From assembly GCA_035084275.1 (NCBI GenBank), contig CM068749.1:14942001-15006000 (forward strand): 64,000 bases of DNA, given 5' to 3'. Positions 23,301 to 35,300 of the stretch are shown here, piece after piece. Both the position numbers and the translations under genes were made by a program. This stretch comes from Hydrolagus colliei (taxonomy: Eukaryota). How positions within the stretch are numbered: position 1 is the stretch's first letter; each line of letters opens with the position of its first letter. Below the pieces are notes generated by a model. That model was not told where the DNA came from and ran no database searches. It saw only the letters and a program-made list of their open reading frames with translations.

Positions 23301-26300
23301 ACAATTAAAAAGCTTGATAGTGCAGATCGGAACCTGCTTTAGGTACTTGTGTAGCAATACTGCATCAGACAGGTCAAGGACATAGTCCTTCTTTGTAAGG
23401 CCACTGGAGTTCTCACTGAAATGTTTCACCCTCTTGTAACATTTTCCAGTATTATAATTGCCTTGGATACTTGCACTTGATCTGCATCAATAGGCACTGA
23501 GTAAAATAGGAAAACAAAACTATGGAGGAAAGTAGGGAAAAAAAACTATTTATCTGCCCGATAAACTGGTATCAATCTATCTCTCCTACACAGCTTGATG
23601 TATAGAAATGCATGACAAGTGACATCTTGAAGGGTTACACTGTGTACATCCTTATTGCCACTAGCATCATATTGCTGATTTTTTTAAAAACTTATTTTTC
23701 CTAAGGTTTTTTTTTCCAAAAGTAGAACTCTACAACATTTTCCTTGAAGATAACACTTCAAAACAAATGGTGAAAGTCAGGTAACTGACATTCAGCAACT
23801 GACCAGTGACTTTGTTAAAAGATGTTACCATGTTCACACAATCAACAAAAGCAAGACAGAAAGTGCAGCTTGGCGCAGCATAAGCAGCTATCCATTTGCC
23901 TTCTTAGGACTTTGTTCCTTCCTCCCCAGAATTCTGTGTAGTTCAGCTGACATGAAGTAGGGCTTTGCTGCAGAACCATCATTTCTTTCCAAATCTTCAC
24001 CTGGATGCAGCAGCAAGGAGCCAAAGCAAGAGGGTGGAGGGGGTGTGCTCATCGAATCAATTACAATGGAAGGGAAAGAGGAATGAAAGGAAGCACAAGA
24101 AATATGTTAGAAGATTCGGTAGCACGTTTGAAAAAAATATTGCCAGCCTTTTAAGAAACAAAACAAACATAATTCCTGCCAGAATCTACAGAATCTAGTG
24201 AAGCTGGAAGATTACATTTTCACAGCTGGAGATATAGTTCAAGCACAGAAGTATCAAATGCGCAATCAGCATAAATTTAGGCCAGTGAACAATCAGAAAA
24301 GTGGGGAAACAATTTACAGTGTATTCAGGTTTCAATGATTTCAATGCAAAATAAATACTTAATCAGATGTTTGTAAGATAGCAGCTTAAGTTTTCGGTTA
24401 AAAAGTTCAGCACATGTGCAGCAAAGCCATAGAGCTCAAAGTGTTTTAAATTCATACAAAGAAAGCTCTACGATACATGAATAGTGATGATTTTAGAAAG
24501 AAAAACAACTATTGCAATATTTTTAACTGCACTTCAAGCACTCTGGGAAACTCTCTGCCTAAAGGGGTATAAATGCAGGTTGTTGCTGTTGAATAAGACA
24601 AATGGTTATTGTGCAATCGGTCGTACTGCAATGCAAAATACCACAGTTTATTTTATAACCTTAAAACTGCAGCAACTACAATCTTGTGTTTCAAATGTTA
24701 TTTGGACTTTAAATTGAAGTCAATGGGAAGATTGATTTGTGATATTAGTATGAATGATTACATGGGTCATTTTGGATATGAGATTCAGGCATTCAGAAAC
24801 TTGGATATTTCTAAAGAATAATTTGAACAGTGAAGGTTGCTATGGAAGTCTCCCTCAATCAAGGAACATGAGTATATTTACACTTACTCCCATCCTCCTA
24901 GACAACCAATTGAAAGAGAACATGTATGCATTAAAAAGAAACAGGCAAACGCCACGAGATGACACAGCATAATATATATATTTTGATAGATTAGGGGGAG
25001 TGCAGATACTCAAAAAATAAGATTGTAGAAAAACCTGGTGACATGGATCCACCCACTGACATCAGATGCCTACCTTGGTACTTTCACACATTGGAAAAAT
25101 GTAACATTAAAAACAGGTATCACACGTGCATAGAGGGAATCCTGTCCCATTGCCACAATCACCATTCATTTTAACAATCTCTTGCCATTTCTAAACCTCA
25201 AATGATTACATTTTGACAAAAATAAAATGTGTACTAGCTGAATTTCTACCATTTCGTGTTTCAAATTCAGTTTGGCGCTAATGGCTGGACATCAGTGTGT
25301 AATTGTTTAACTGATTTTGTTTAATGAAGCTCACCACCTGCTGGTATCAGAAAATGGGCCAGGTTTCCTCACGTGATGCCTCTTCAGTTAGCATGATTAA
25401 CATTTACAGTGAAGGTATTATTGTATCAAGTAATATCAATACTGTGCTGTAGCTTTTTTAAATGTTGAACAAAATAATAGAACATATTTAATTGTATTTT
25501 TTTTATGAGAGTACCTGTAGTTCTGTATAATTCAATATCATTGCAAGGGTAGACTGATGCTGTGGTTAGATTACAGCAAATCCTTCACATATGCAATATA
25601 TATTATACACTTAGAATCCCACATCCTTTCCAGTGTATTAAAAGTAAAACAGATTTTGATGGTACTGTATTATAGAAAACTAAAATGTTTACTATTTACT
25701 TACAGAAACAGAGGAATAAAGTATCTACACACATTGCATAGACACTGAAGAAACCATGTGCAATTAGATACGATCCAAATATCACAGTCTGCAAACAGAG
25801 GACATATGCATTTCAATCAAGTCAGAGGTCATGGGCAACAATTCGTAAAAGGGCATCTTTAGTTAGATGATTACACATTATTCAACATGGCTCTACTATC
25901 TTTGATCACTCAACTTTTCTACAATTCTACCCACAGACTATTATCTGGTACTTGTCTTGTCATGCAATGTGTGGAATGTGGTTATCTCAGAATATGAGAG
26001 CAAGCTGCTGTTTTTATTTTAATTCCATTTTGCTTGCCTTCAAGGTTAACCAAATCTTAGTTGAAAACAATAATAAAATTGATCTGATCTGATAATTCAT
26101 ACAAAACTAACATTAAAACGGTGGATAAGAATTCAGAATAAAAGAGTTTGGAAGTGTGTGATAGCATTATAAGTGCTAACCAGTTGGGTATGAAGTAAAG
26201 TAAGTTGTGTCAGGGTCACTGGTAACGATGCATTTGTGTAAATAGAATGTAGAAAAAAATCCAAATAGATTCCTTACCACCAAAGGTACCCAATAATAGT

Positions 26301-29300
26301 TTAACATCGGTGCCTCATCTGCAATTATAGTTATTCTGCGTGTGAAGAAGAAAAACGCAAGCACCCCTGTAGACAAGAAATACATCTTACAAATTGCTCA
26401 GGGATTGTAAACATTTAACTGTGTTTGATTTCACCATATTGCAAACATACTTCAGTAAGAGTCAATGTCTTGAGAAAGAGATTACTCACCTACACCTCCA
26501 ACAATCAGGAGTTTCCCCAGGAACAGTAGAAAATCTGTAACTTTATCTAATACTGCCACTCTGTTGAGCAAGAATGAATGTATGTTCAAGAGATTTTTAA
26601 AAAGCATAATTTGGAACTACAGTATTTGGAAAAAATTAAGCTACTTTCCTTGATGTCTTGCATCTGCTCGATTGGTTCAGGCCTCCTGCATGTCCATTGA
26701 GCTCTACGTTTCACTATTAGTGGCCACACTTTAAGCCACTATGTAATACTCTGTAATATTCTTCCTCAATGCCTCTATTTTGCCTCTTCCTTCCCTGATG
26801 AACCTGAAGACCTTCGTCTTTGACCATGCCTATGATCACATCCCCCCTTCCCCCAGGTTCGAAGTTGTGCTCTGTCACTCTCAAATGCCCTGGAACACTA
26901 TCCTGTGTGAGGGGCACTATATAAGTGCAAGCTGTAGTTGTCTTGGCCAACGATCCTCTAGATAAAGTTGGTTATGCAAATCATGACTCTTAGTAGGGCA
27001 TTGCTGAGTACAAATTGTCAGTACTGTACATTATATCCTGCGAAGTGCTTTGAGACATCCTCCCAAAATGAAATACCTAATGTCAGGATTATTATTAATA
27101 ATAACAATCTTGTTTAGATCAACCTTGCATAGTAGAACTATGATTATCCAATCATTTCAATTATTAATTATCGGATAGCCGAGATTCTATCTTATTTTTG
27201 TATTGTGTTTTATAATCTGTGGTAAGATAATGAATATCTAGCTTTGGTACATTTATATATATACATCTATCTAGATATTTATATATATATATACATATAT
27301 ATATCCACAGTAAAACCTCGATAATCAGGCACGGTTGGGGCCACTCATCTCCCAGATTTTGGAGTTTGCTGGTATCTACCCTAGAAATAGCTGGGGAAGC
27401 TCAGCCCCATAGAAGGGAAAAAATGCCTGAGAGCTCAACGAACAGCGCTGGATGACAGAGCAGCCACGCTGGGAACTACAAGCAGCTGTTCCGAACTTCG
27501 GGAGATTTGCCAGACATCGGGAAAAAAATTTATGCTGTTTGTATTTTGAAATTTTGCCGTTTTTTAGGGAGTTGCCGGCTTTAGGAATGTCGGATTGTCA
27601 AGGTTTTACTGTATATGACCACTCACCTGACAACATTCCTCATCAACAAAAAGAAGGCTTCCTTTGCAGACGTGCAGAAGTTTTTACCATATATTGCAAT
27701 CTAGAAAATAAAAATATACAACATAACCAATGTGATGCTATTGCTATCACAGAGTGAAAAGTCTTCTAACAAGTGGTACTATAGATTTCAGTTCCCGAAA
27801 CCAACTTACCATTATATATGCATTTCTATTAAGAAATTTAATGAATCTTTCCAGACACCAAAAACAACATTTCATGCAGCACAGCACAAATTTAGCAAAC
27901 TGGTTGTGGGCACCTGCAAGTGGAGAAACATATAATGAATGGTAGTCATAAGACAAAAGAAAATACATTTAATATAAATTCAACAGCACATTTTAACTCA
28001 TTTGCCCCAGACAATTATCTGCCAATTTGCAAACAACAAAATACTTTACATTCCTGCTCATAATAAGTAAACACTGTCGCTCGAAAATATACAATAATGT
28101 GAAAAATATTTTAGAAGCAGTAAGAAATAATTCCTTGTTTTCACACTTTCCCATGATGGACCCAATAGCCCTTTTTTCATCTTTTCATCAAAATTCAACA
28201 GAGACAACACAAGACAAGAATTGTAACTTGCCAAAGCAACAAGAGATAAGAGTTTGATCACCCAAGTTTGATCCTAGCGGCAGGAGAAACAAACTGCTCC
28301 TTATGCTCAAAATTGACATTGGTAAAAGGACAATACAAGTCTACTTAGTAAAGCTTGGCATCAGTGAAACTTGGTGCAAAGCCCATAGAGCAAAACTCGG
28401 TGAACCTGAATGACTGACAATATGAATGAAGGCTGCAAGACGTTGGTATTTATTGTTGTATTACCCACCACTGCTTAGGAATGTATGTTATTGGTTATGA
28501 CTCAATCTTATGTTTCTCTAATTACTTTATAATCTCTTCAAGTTTTGCTCTTTCTGATTCATTATCTCATCTGAAGTTTGCCTAGAATATTGCTGGTGTA
28601 AAGCGCTACTATTGTATACATTTTGTAACCTACAGAATTACATACTACTACACATAGAAATAATAAAGAGATAATTAACCGTCTTTTTAATTCAAGGAAA
28701 ATATTCACTTGAGAATACAGTTGACTCACATTTGATAAATCAGTCACATTCATCATGTCCAATCAGTTGATACTCTATCACTACTAACAGACTCATCAAC
28801 TTCACCTATTAATAATACAGACTAGCCAACAAGTAGTCACAGACTCACTTGTTTACTTTTCATTCACAGTCGGCAAAGAGTGACTTTGCAAAGACTCACC
28901 TTTCAGTTTATTATCCAGGTATTCTAAAATGATTCTTATAAATTGTACAATTGCAAGAATTAAAGAGCCAAAAGCCAATGAACCTGTGTGGTACCTAGGA
29001 ATAATGAGTGACAAACAGAAGTCATTAGTTACAAGGTACAAATAAATATTAGAGTGATCAAATGCAAGTAACAAAATGTGGATTGGAGTATTCATGCTAC
29101 AAGTTGTTCCAGTCACTTTTTAAAAACATATGAGCAAATGCTGCCATCTACTGACACAATAACATATAACTGACTGTAAATTGTTTAGCCTCATACCAGA
29201 AAGTAACTGATCTCTAGGACACTAACTGTAGTGCCCTGTGTGAGTCCTTCCATCACTTTTATTTGTATTCATTCCCTCTTAGAAATTCTTATACAGTTCA

Positions 29301-32300
29301 ATGACCATGAGTCTAGCAGGTAATGAAGGTGGCAGTGAAGTGAAGGGAAGAAAACCGTCAAGGTAGTCATTCTTCGCAGATTTTAAATACTTGTTGGCTG
29401 ATTGGAGAACAACAAATCATGTAATAAATGCAGAGATATGAAAACTTCCTATTCCCCCACCCACTCCCTGCAGAGGCAGCTTGCAGTGAGAAATGTAAGT
29501 GGAATAGAATGATAACAAGTAACCCGAATTGTCCTTGTTCTTACCTCAGTGTACGGCCAAATGACGCAAGCAGAGGGAATGCTGGTATATCAGCTGGCTT
29601 CTTAAAGGCCCAGTAATAGGAGGCAAAGGCACCAGCCAACGTGCACTGTCCCAATGCAATTGCAAAGTTCACAAGCCACAAGAAGACAACAAGATTGCAG
29701 ATTTGAAGGACAAGGATGTATTTGTGGTAAATGCTCTCTCCGCCATAGAAAGCGAATGAACACTGAGCACCCCGGCATACTTTGCTGACATTGGTCAAAT
29801 TAAATGTCTAGTGAAAAAGAGAACATGCAGTCAGGCTTCTTGCAAATGAAACACAAGACAATTGAGAATTCTACGTAGCCACCAGAAACTTTCCAGTTAA
29901 CAAAAAGTTATACTGGGAATATTGCAAGTGTATATTAGTGAAGCATGATGAATAAGGTTTTTTTTTGATGATGCAACAAAGCGCAAAATGCACAGTTCAT
30001 AAAATGATAGTCTGGCAATCATGGAATCTTCATGAAGTAATTCTCTCTTTTTCCACTTTCCTGACATTATGTTATAAATACGATTCTTCTTCAAAATAGT
30101 AACGGGTATATCTATTATTTATGCAGCAGATTGGACAGTGCCTCTCTGATACGGCATTTCCATTCTCAAAATAGGACTTTAATTTGTTACCGCTGTCATG
30201 TGAAGTGCAGATAGATCAAATCTGTTATTCATGACACATTCATTCCATGAGGTCTGCTAGAATGCATTCCAACAAATATAGTCAGGTATGTGTCTAAAGA
30301 ATCATGTTCAATGTAGATTCCTTTTATCACTACATGTTTGAAAGCTTACCTCAGGATTGCATGTTTTGTTTGCATATATACAGTTGCCTTCGTTAGCCAT
30401 CACTTTGTATACTGATTCACCAGACGTTGATAGGAATCTGCATGTTCGATGTTAAGATATATTTTATCATTCATACTGTAACACAAACTGTCAACATAGT
30501 TTTATGTTTCAAAGTATTGTAGAACTTTGTAAGACAGACATAGTGCCACAGACCATTTGAAAAATGAAATAAATACAGTATGTCTGTAAAGTTGTAGTGC
30601 CCCATTGCCAATAATAATTCTTGCATTGGCTAATTAGTGTTGCCTTATAAATTTGGAAGATAATGTTTAACACCCATTGCAATTACTTTTAAGAATACAT
30701 GTGTGCTGTGGGACCATTCATATTATCATTGCTTTAATTCTGTGATTCAAATGCATGATTGTGACCTAAAATGGTCATACAGATCGCTGGAAACTGGCAG
30801 CCTTGTGTTTTTCCACTTGCAGTACTATATACTGTAATAATATATCAGTTATCAACACTTTAGGCTTTTGTCAAAGGATACATAGATGTGACTGCCCAGT
30901 AGGAAATACAGATTGCTAGGAGTACAAAGGTGATGATAGGGTAGAATAGTGTCGACATGATATATCCTATGGCCCTGATGGGAAAAAAAAGCAAAACAAT
31001 CATAACACTTAATATTATTGCATTCCGCTAAATCATTGAAACAATCTTTAATAAGTTATTTTAATAAAACATAATGTAGACATTTGGACTCTATTTGTAA
31101 ATGCCCCATAGAGTATCCACATATAGAACCAGGGAATCTCACAGCACAGAAGGAAGCCATTCGGCCCATCGTGCTTGTGTCAACTCTTTGAAAGAGCCAA
31201 CAACTATTCCCATTCCCCTGCTTTTGCCCCATAACCCTTCCTTTTTTTCCCTTTTGAAAGCTATTATTGAATTGGCTTCCACCACCCTTTTAGCAGTACA
31301 TTGCATTTGAACATAGGCACATAAGTAGGCCATTCAGCCCGTCGAGCCTGTTCCGCCATTTAATTAGATCATAGATGATCTGTACCTCTACTGATCCTTT
31401 CAATTCCAATTTCCCGCTTTCTCCTTGAATCCCTTAATATCCTGACCATCCAAAAATTTATCAACCTCACTGTTCAAGGTGTGGATCGATCCAGCCTCTA
31501 CGATTTTTGGGGGGAGAGAAATCCAGATTTCTCCCACCCTTTGAGTGAAAAAATGCTTCCTGATTTCACTCTTAAATGGCCTGGTTCTAATTTTAAGACT
31601 ATGACTAATACTATGCACCTCTGTAACTACACAAGAAAATCCTATTTTGTGTAAAATGTCTTTTCAGTTGTCAAATAACTAATGTAAAGTACAAACATGG
31701 CCCCTAACTGTAGCAGTGATGCACCACAGCCTTTAAGAGAAACGTTTGTGAATGGGACCAAAAATAATCTTACATACAGGACCAACTCCAGCTATAATAC
31801 AAAGTGCAATGGTCACTTACTTGCTCCCTTCCCTGAGGAGTGCAATTGCAATAAAAATTCTTTTTCTTAGGAAAACCAGCATCAGTATGATGATCACTTC
31901 AATAATGCAGAGAATAATCACTGAAAAATACCATAGCTGCATTTTAGAAACGAGAAATATAAACATGTACTTTAATATAATTATGATTTAATGATGTTAT
32001 AAGTGGGCGGCCAGCATGCACCTAAACCATTATTTTCTCTCTTTGCCGGAATCCTGTAAAACTGTAGAAAGACTGCATTTGTGAGTTGCTCTCAATTTTT
32101 CCTTCTGATCTATGGTACGCACATGTAGTTTCTGCCTCTCTCCAATGGTACAGTGGAGATCATAAACACAGTATGGAATCAGAGCAGCATCTTCACATTC
32201 CTTCCACTCTGTTGGTTGACAGTTCACAACTGTGCTTATGTAAAACGTAGGTGAAAAGCTAAGATTCTGTATTGCTATATTTTTCTTGGTGGAGCTCCAT

Positions 32301-35300
32301 TTGATGTCTTGACTAGAAATATAATTTTTTTTCAGCCTTTTCCCACATTAGAATATCATTATCATATATTCCTGTTGCTACTTTGGCAGTGGCAGCTAAA
32401 CTAACAGCTTCCAATTTAATTCTGTAACAGGCAGGATTTAGATCTGTGATGCTACAAGAAGATGAGGTGACTATTGATGCACTGCTACTTTTCTACTAAT
32501 CTAAGGAAGCCATGTGTGCACGCAGGATGGATGGGATGGTTCACCATAAATTCATTCTGCGAGTAACAATCTTTCCAAGACACTTTTAGACTTACTAAAC
32601 GCCAGCCACGTCTGTCTGAGCTGCAGATAGACCCTGAAATCTGTCTGGAAACCAATGTCATAGATAGCAACATCTGCTCCAGGCTTCCCTTTGAGGCTGC
32701 TATATTCCCAGTAACAGTGCCAGATACCTGCAAGAGAAAGTAAAGGCGGGATGAAACACAACTGCTCCATGCGCCATTTGGGTAATTTTACTGTTTTATG
32801 TGTAAACTTGTTGGCAATTTGTGGTATGATAGTCCTGTGATTTTAATGGGGCATTGATTTGTAATGAATATGCTTTGGTTCCACATCAACAACAATAACA
32901 ACAACAAAATTACACTTGTATGGCGCCTTTCACGTCAGGAGGATGTCCCAAGGCACTGGACAGTCATTGTTTCTGACCCGAGCTGGAGTCATGGATGGGG
33001 AGGGTGGAGGGAAGGAGAGGGGGGGATTTAGGGTGACCGATGGGACTGTCGAAGAGGAGGATCGAGGCGGGACTTGAAGGAGGCCAGGGAGGGGGTGAGG
33101 GGAGGGACTGCGGGATGGAGTTCTAGAGGTTGGGGGCAGAGTGGCTGAAAGCTCGCCTGCCAATGTTGAGGCGGGTGAGTCAGGTGACGTGAAGCAGGCC
33201 GGAACCTGCTGAATGGAGGGGGCAGACAGGTTGGTAGGAGTTCGCAGAGGTAGGGTGGGGCGAGGCCATGGAGGGCTGTGAATGTGAGGACCAGGATCTT
33301 GAATTGGATCCTTTGGGTTCTGGGGAGCCAATGGAATCAGGTGAGGATGGGGGAGATGGGGATCACGATGCTTGGACCACAAGAAGCATATCAGTAGACA
33401 TGTTACTGAGAGTAATTCACTCATGTTCCAATTCATTCAGACATGGATATGAAAAGCTTCCCCTACCCAGCGTGGAGTGCGTTATATAAGTGCAAGTTAT
33501 TCTTATTGTTGGGTATAGATCACCTAAAAAAGATCTGATGAATGATACTCTACCCCTTCAGCAGGTAGCTGATGGATACAGCCGAGGGAAAATGTAATCG
33601 AAAAGATTATTTAAAAGGAGTCTTACATCATCAGTCAACAGTAGCCAACAATTCCAGTAGGGAAGAATACTATGTATTACTGAAGATAACATGACCCTTC
33701 TGAATGAGTTATGAGTTCAATGGTACAAACTGACAAATTACCTTTCTGCCAATGAATGATGCCATTTTCTTAGTAATAGCGAAGGAAAAGGATGAGGAAA
33801 TTTGGTAAAATTTTGATACGGGCTCATTCCCCCACCCCCTCCCACCAACTCCCCCCAAATTAAAATCTAACTTAAATTTGCAATTTGTTGTTACTTACTG
33901 GATAATATTGTGCACAAAGATATTTCCCAATACCAACAGAGAGAAGACTGATAAAACAGCAACACAAACCTTGCAGAAGTATTGTACTGCATGAAAGAGT
34001 CTGAGATTTATAGAAGCTTAGGATTTGTGTACTATGCCATATGCCAAAGGTGAAACTATATTTAAGAGACCAAGTCAATTCACACCATTTATGCAAAGCA
34101 CCAGTATGTCTTCTGAGGTCAGATCGCTTGCTTGGTGGGAGATAATGATAATGATTTGTAGTTTTGTAGATTCTACAAATTGTAGATTTGTAAAGAAACT
34201 TTACAACTTCTCAAATTCAGCTCATTCACGAGAACCAAAAACAGCGCTCACCATTGCATTGTATTGGAGCTCGGAGTTGCAGTTTGGTGGAGGAAGCAAA
34301 TTTTCCATACGGAGAGCTTCACTGGATGAATTTATTTTTATGCCATGTTTTTCCCCATTCTGGAGGCACCATGGGGTGTCAACACCTCTTCATTACTTAC
34401 TACCCTTGCTATCTTCATTTGTTTATGATTATAGGTACTTTGGTTTCCTCAGTGTGTATTTCCACATGCTCTATTTTAACATTTCCAATATTGAGTTGCA
34501 TATAGTAATAATGATATACACTTTTGGACATTACATTAGCTGCAGAGTGCCATGCTCCTTTTCATGCTACAGTCTCCCAAGATTTTTCTAATTGATTGTC
34601 ATTAACTATAGATACTATTTTGAATGTACTTTCAGCACAACATCTTAATAGGAACATTGAACCCTGCAAGCAGAAATGCACCAATGCTGTAATTGCCGTA
34701 CGTGCACAGATTATTGGGCAGTGCTGTGTAACCACTCATTCATACAGTTCTGTTGATCAGACCACCACAGTTTCCAGTGAGGAGCTGAATTTCAGCATCT
34801 TGTCTTAAATAAGTTATTGCAGCTTCACCTCCTGAGACAAATTCTGGATGTCTTTCTGGGAAATGAACCCCAGGATTCTAAATATAAAAAAACAATTGGG
34901 CTCCAGAAAATAACTGTTTTGCTTGGGATTATTGATAAGGATCAGTAGAGCGCTGGTTAGAATAATCCCATGGCATCTGTTTCCCTACAAATAAAATCAC
35001 CACAATTGACAGTACTGTAGTTCCCTGTGAAGCATTTTCAGGCATTTCATATTTATATTAAATGTAGGGATTAATATTATTTGATGATCATATTAGCTAA
35101 CAAAGCCTAAGACAGGGCATCAGACAAGACCACCAACTAAAAGGCAAACCTATTTAATCAATGAGAAATCTCAGTTGTTAGCTGCACAAGTTACAGAATG
35201 GTATTGCTCTATTCAGTCTATTGTGGGAAATAAATAAAAGCAATGTATTCTCTATTTTGTCTCAAAGCTTCACATTGCACTGAGTCACGTTGTTCCACTG

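Noticed and set aside
32930-33436. 168-aa Pro/Ser-rich ORF on -
   Set aside because: It is an off-frame reading of a C-rich L2 LINE remnant.
34025-34591. 188-aa ORF on +, the longest in the track
   Set aside because: No recognisable domain, no ATG at the listed start, antisense within an intron. Most likely a chance ORF.
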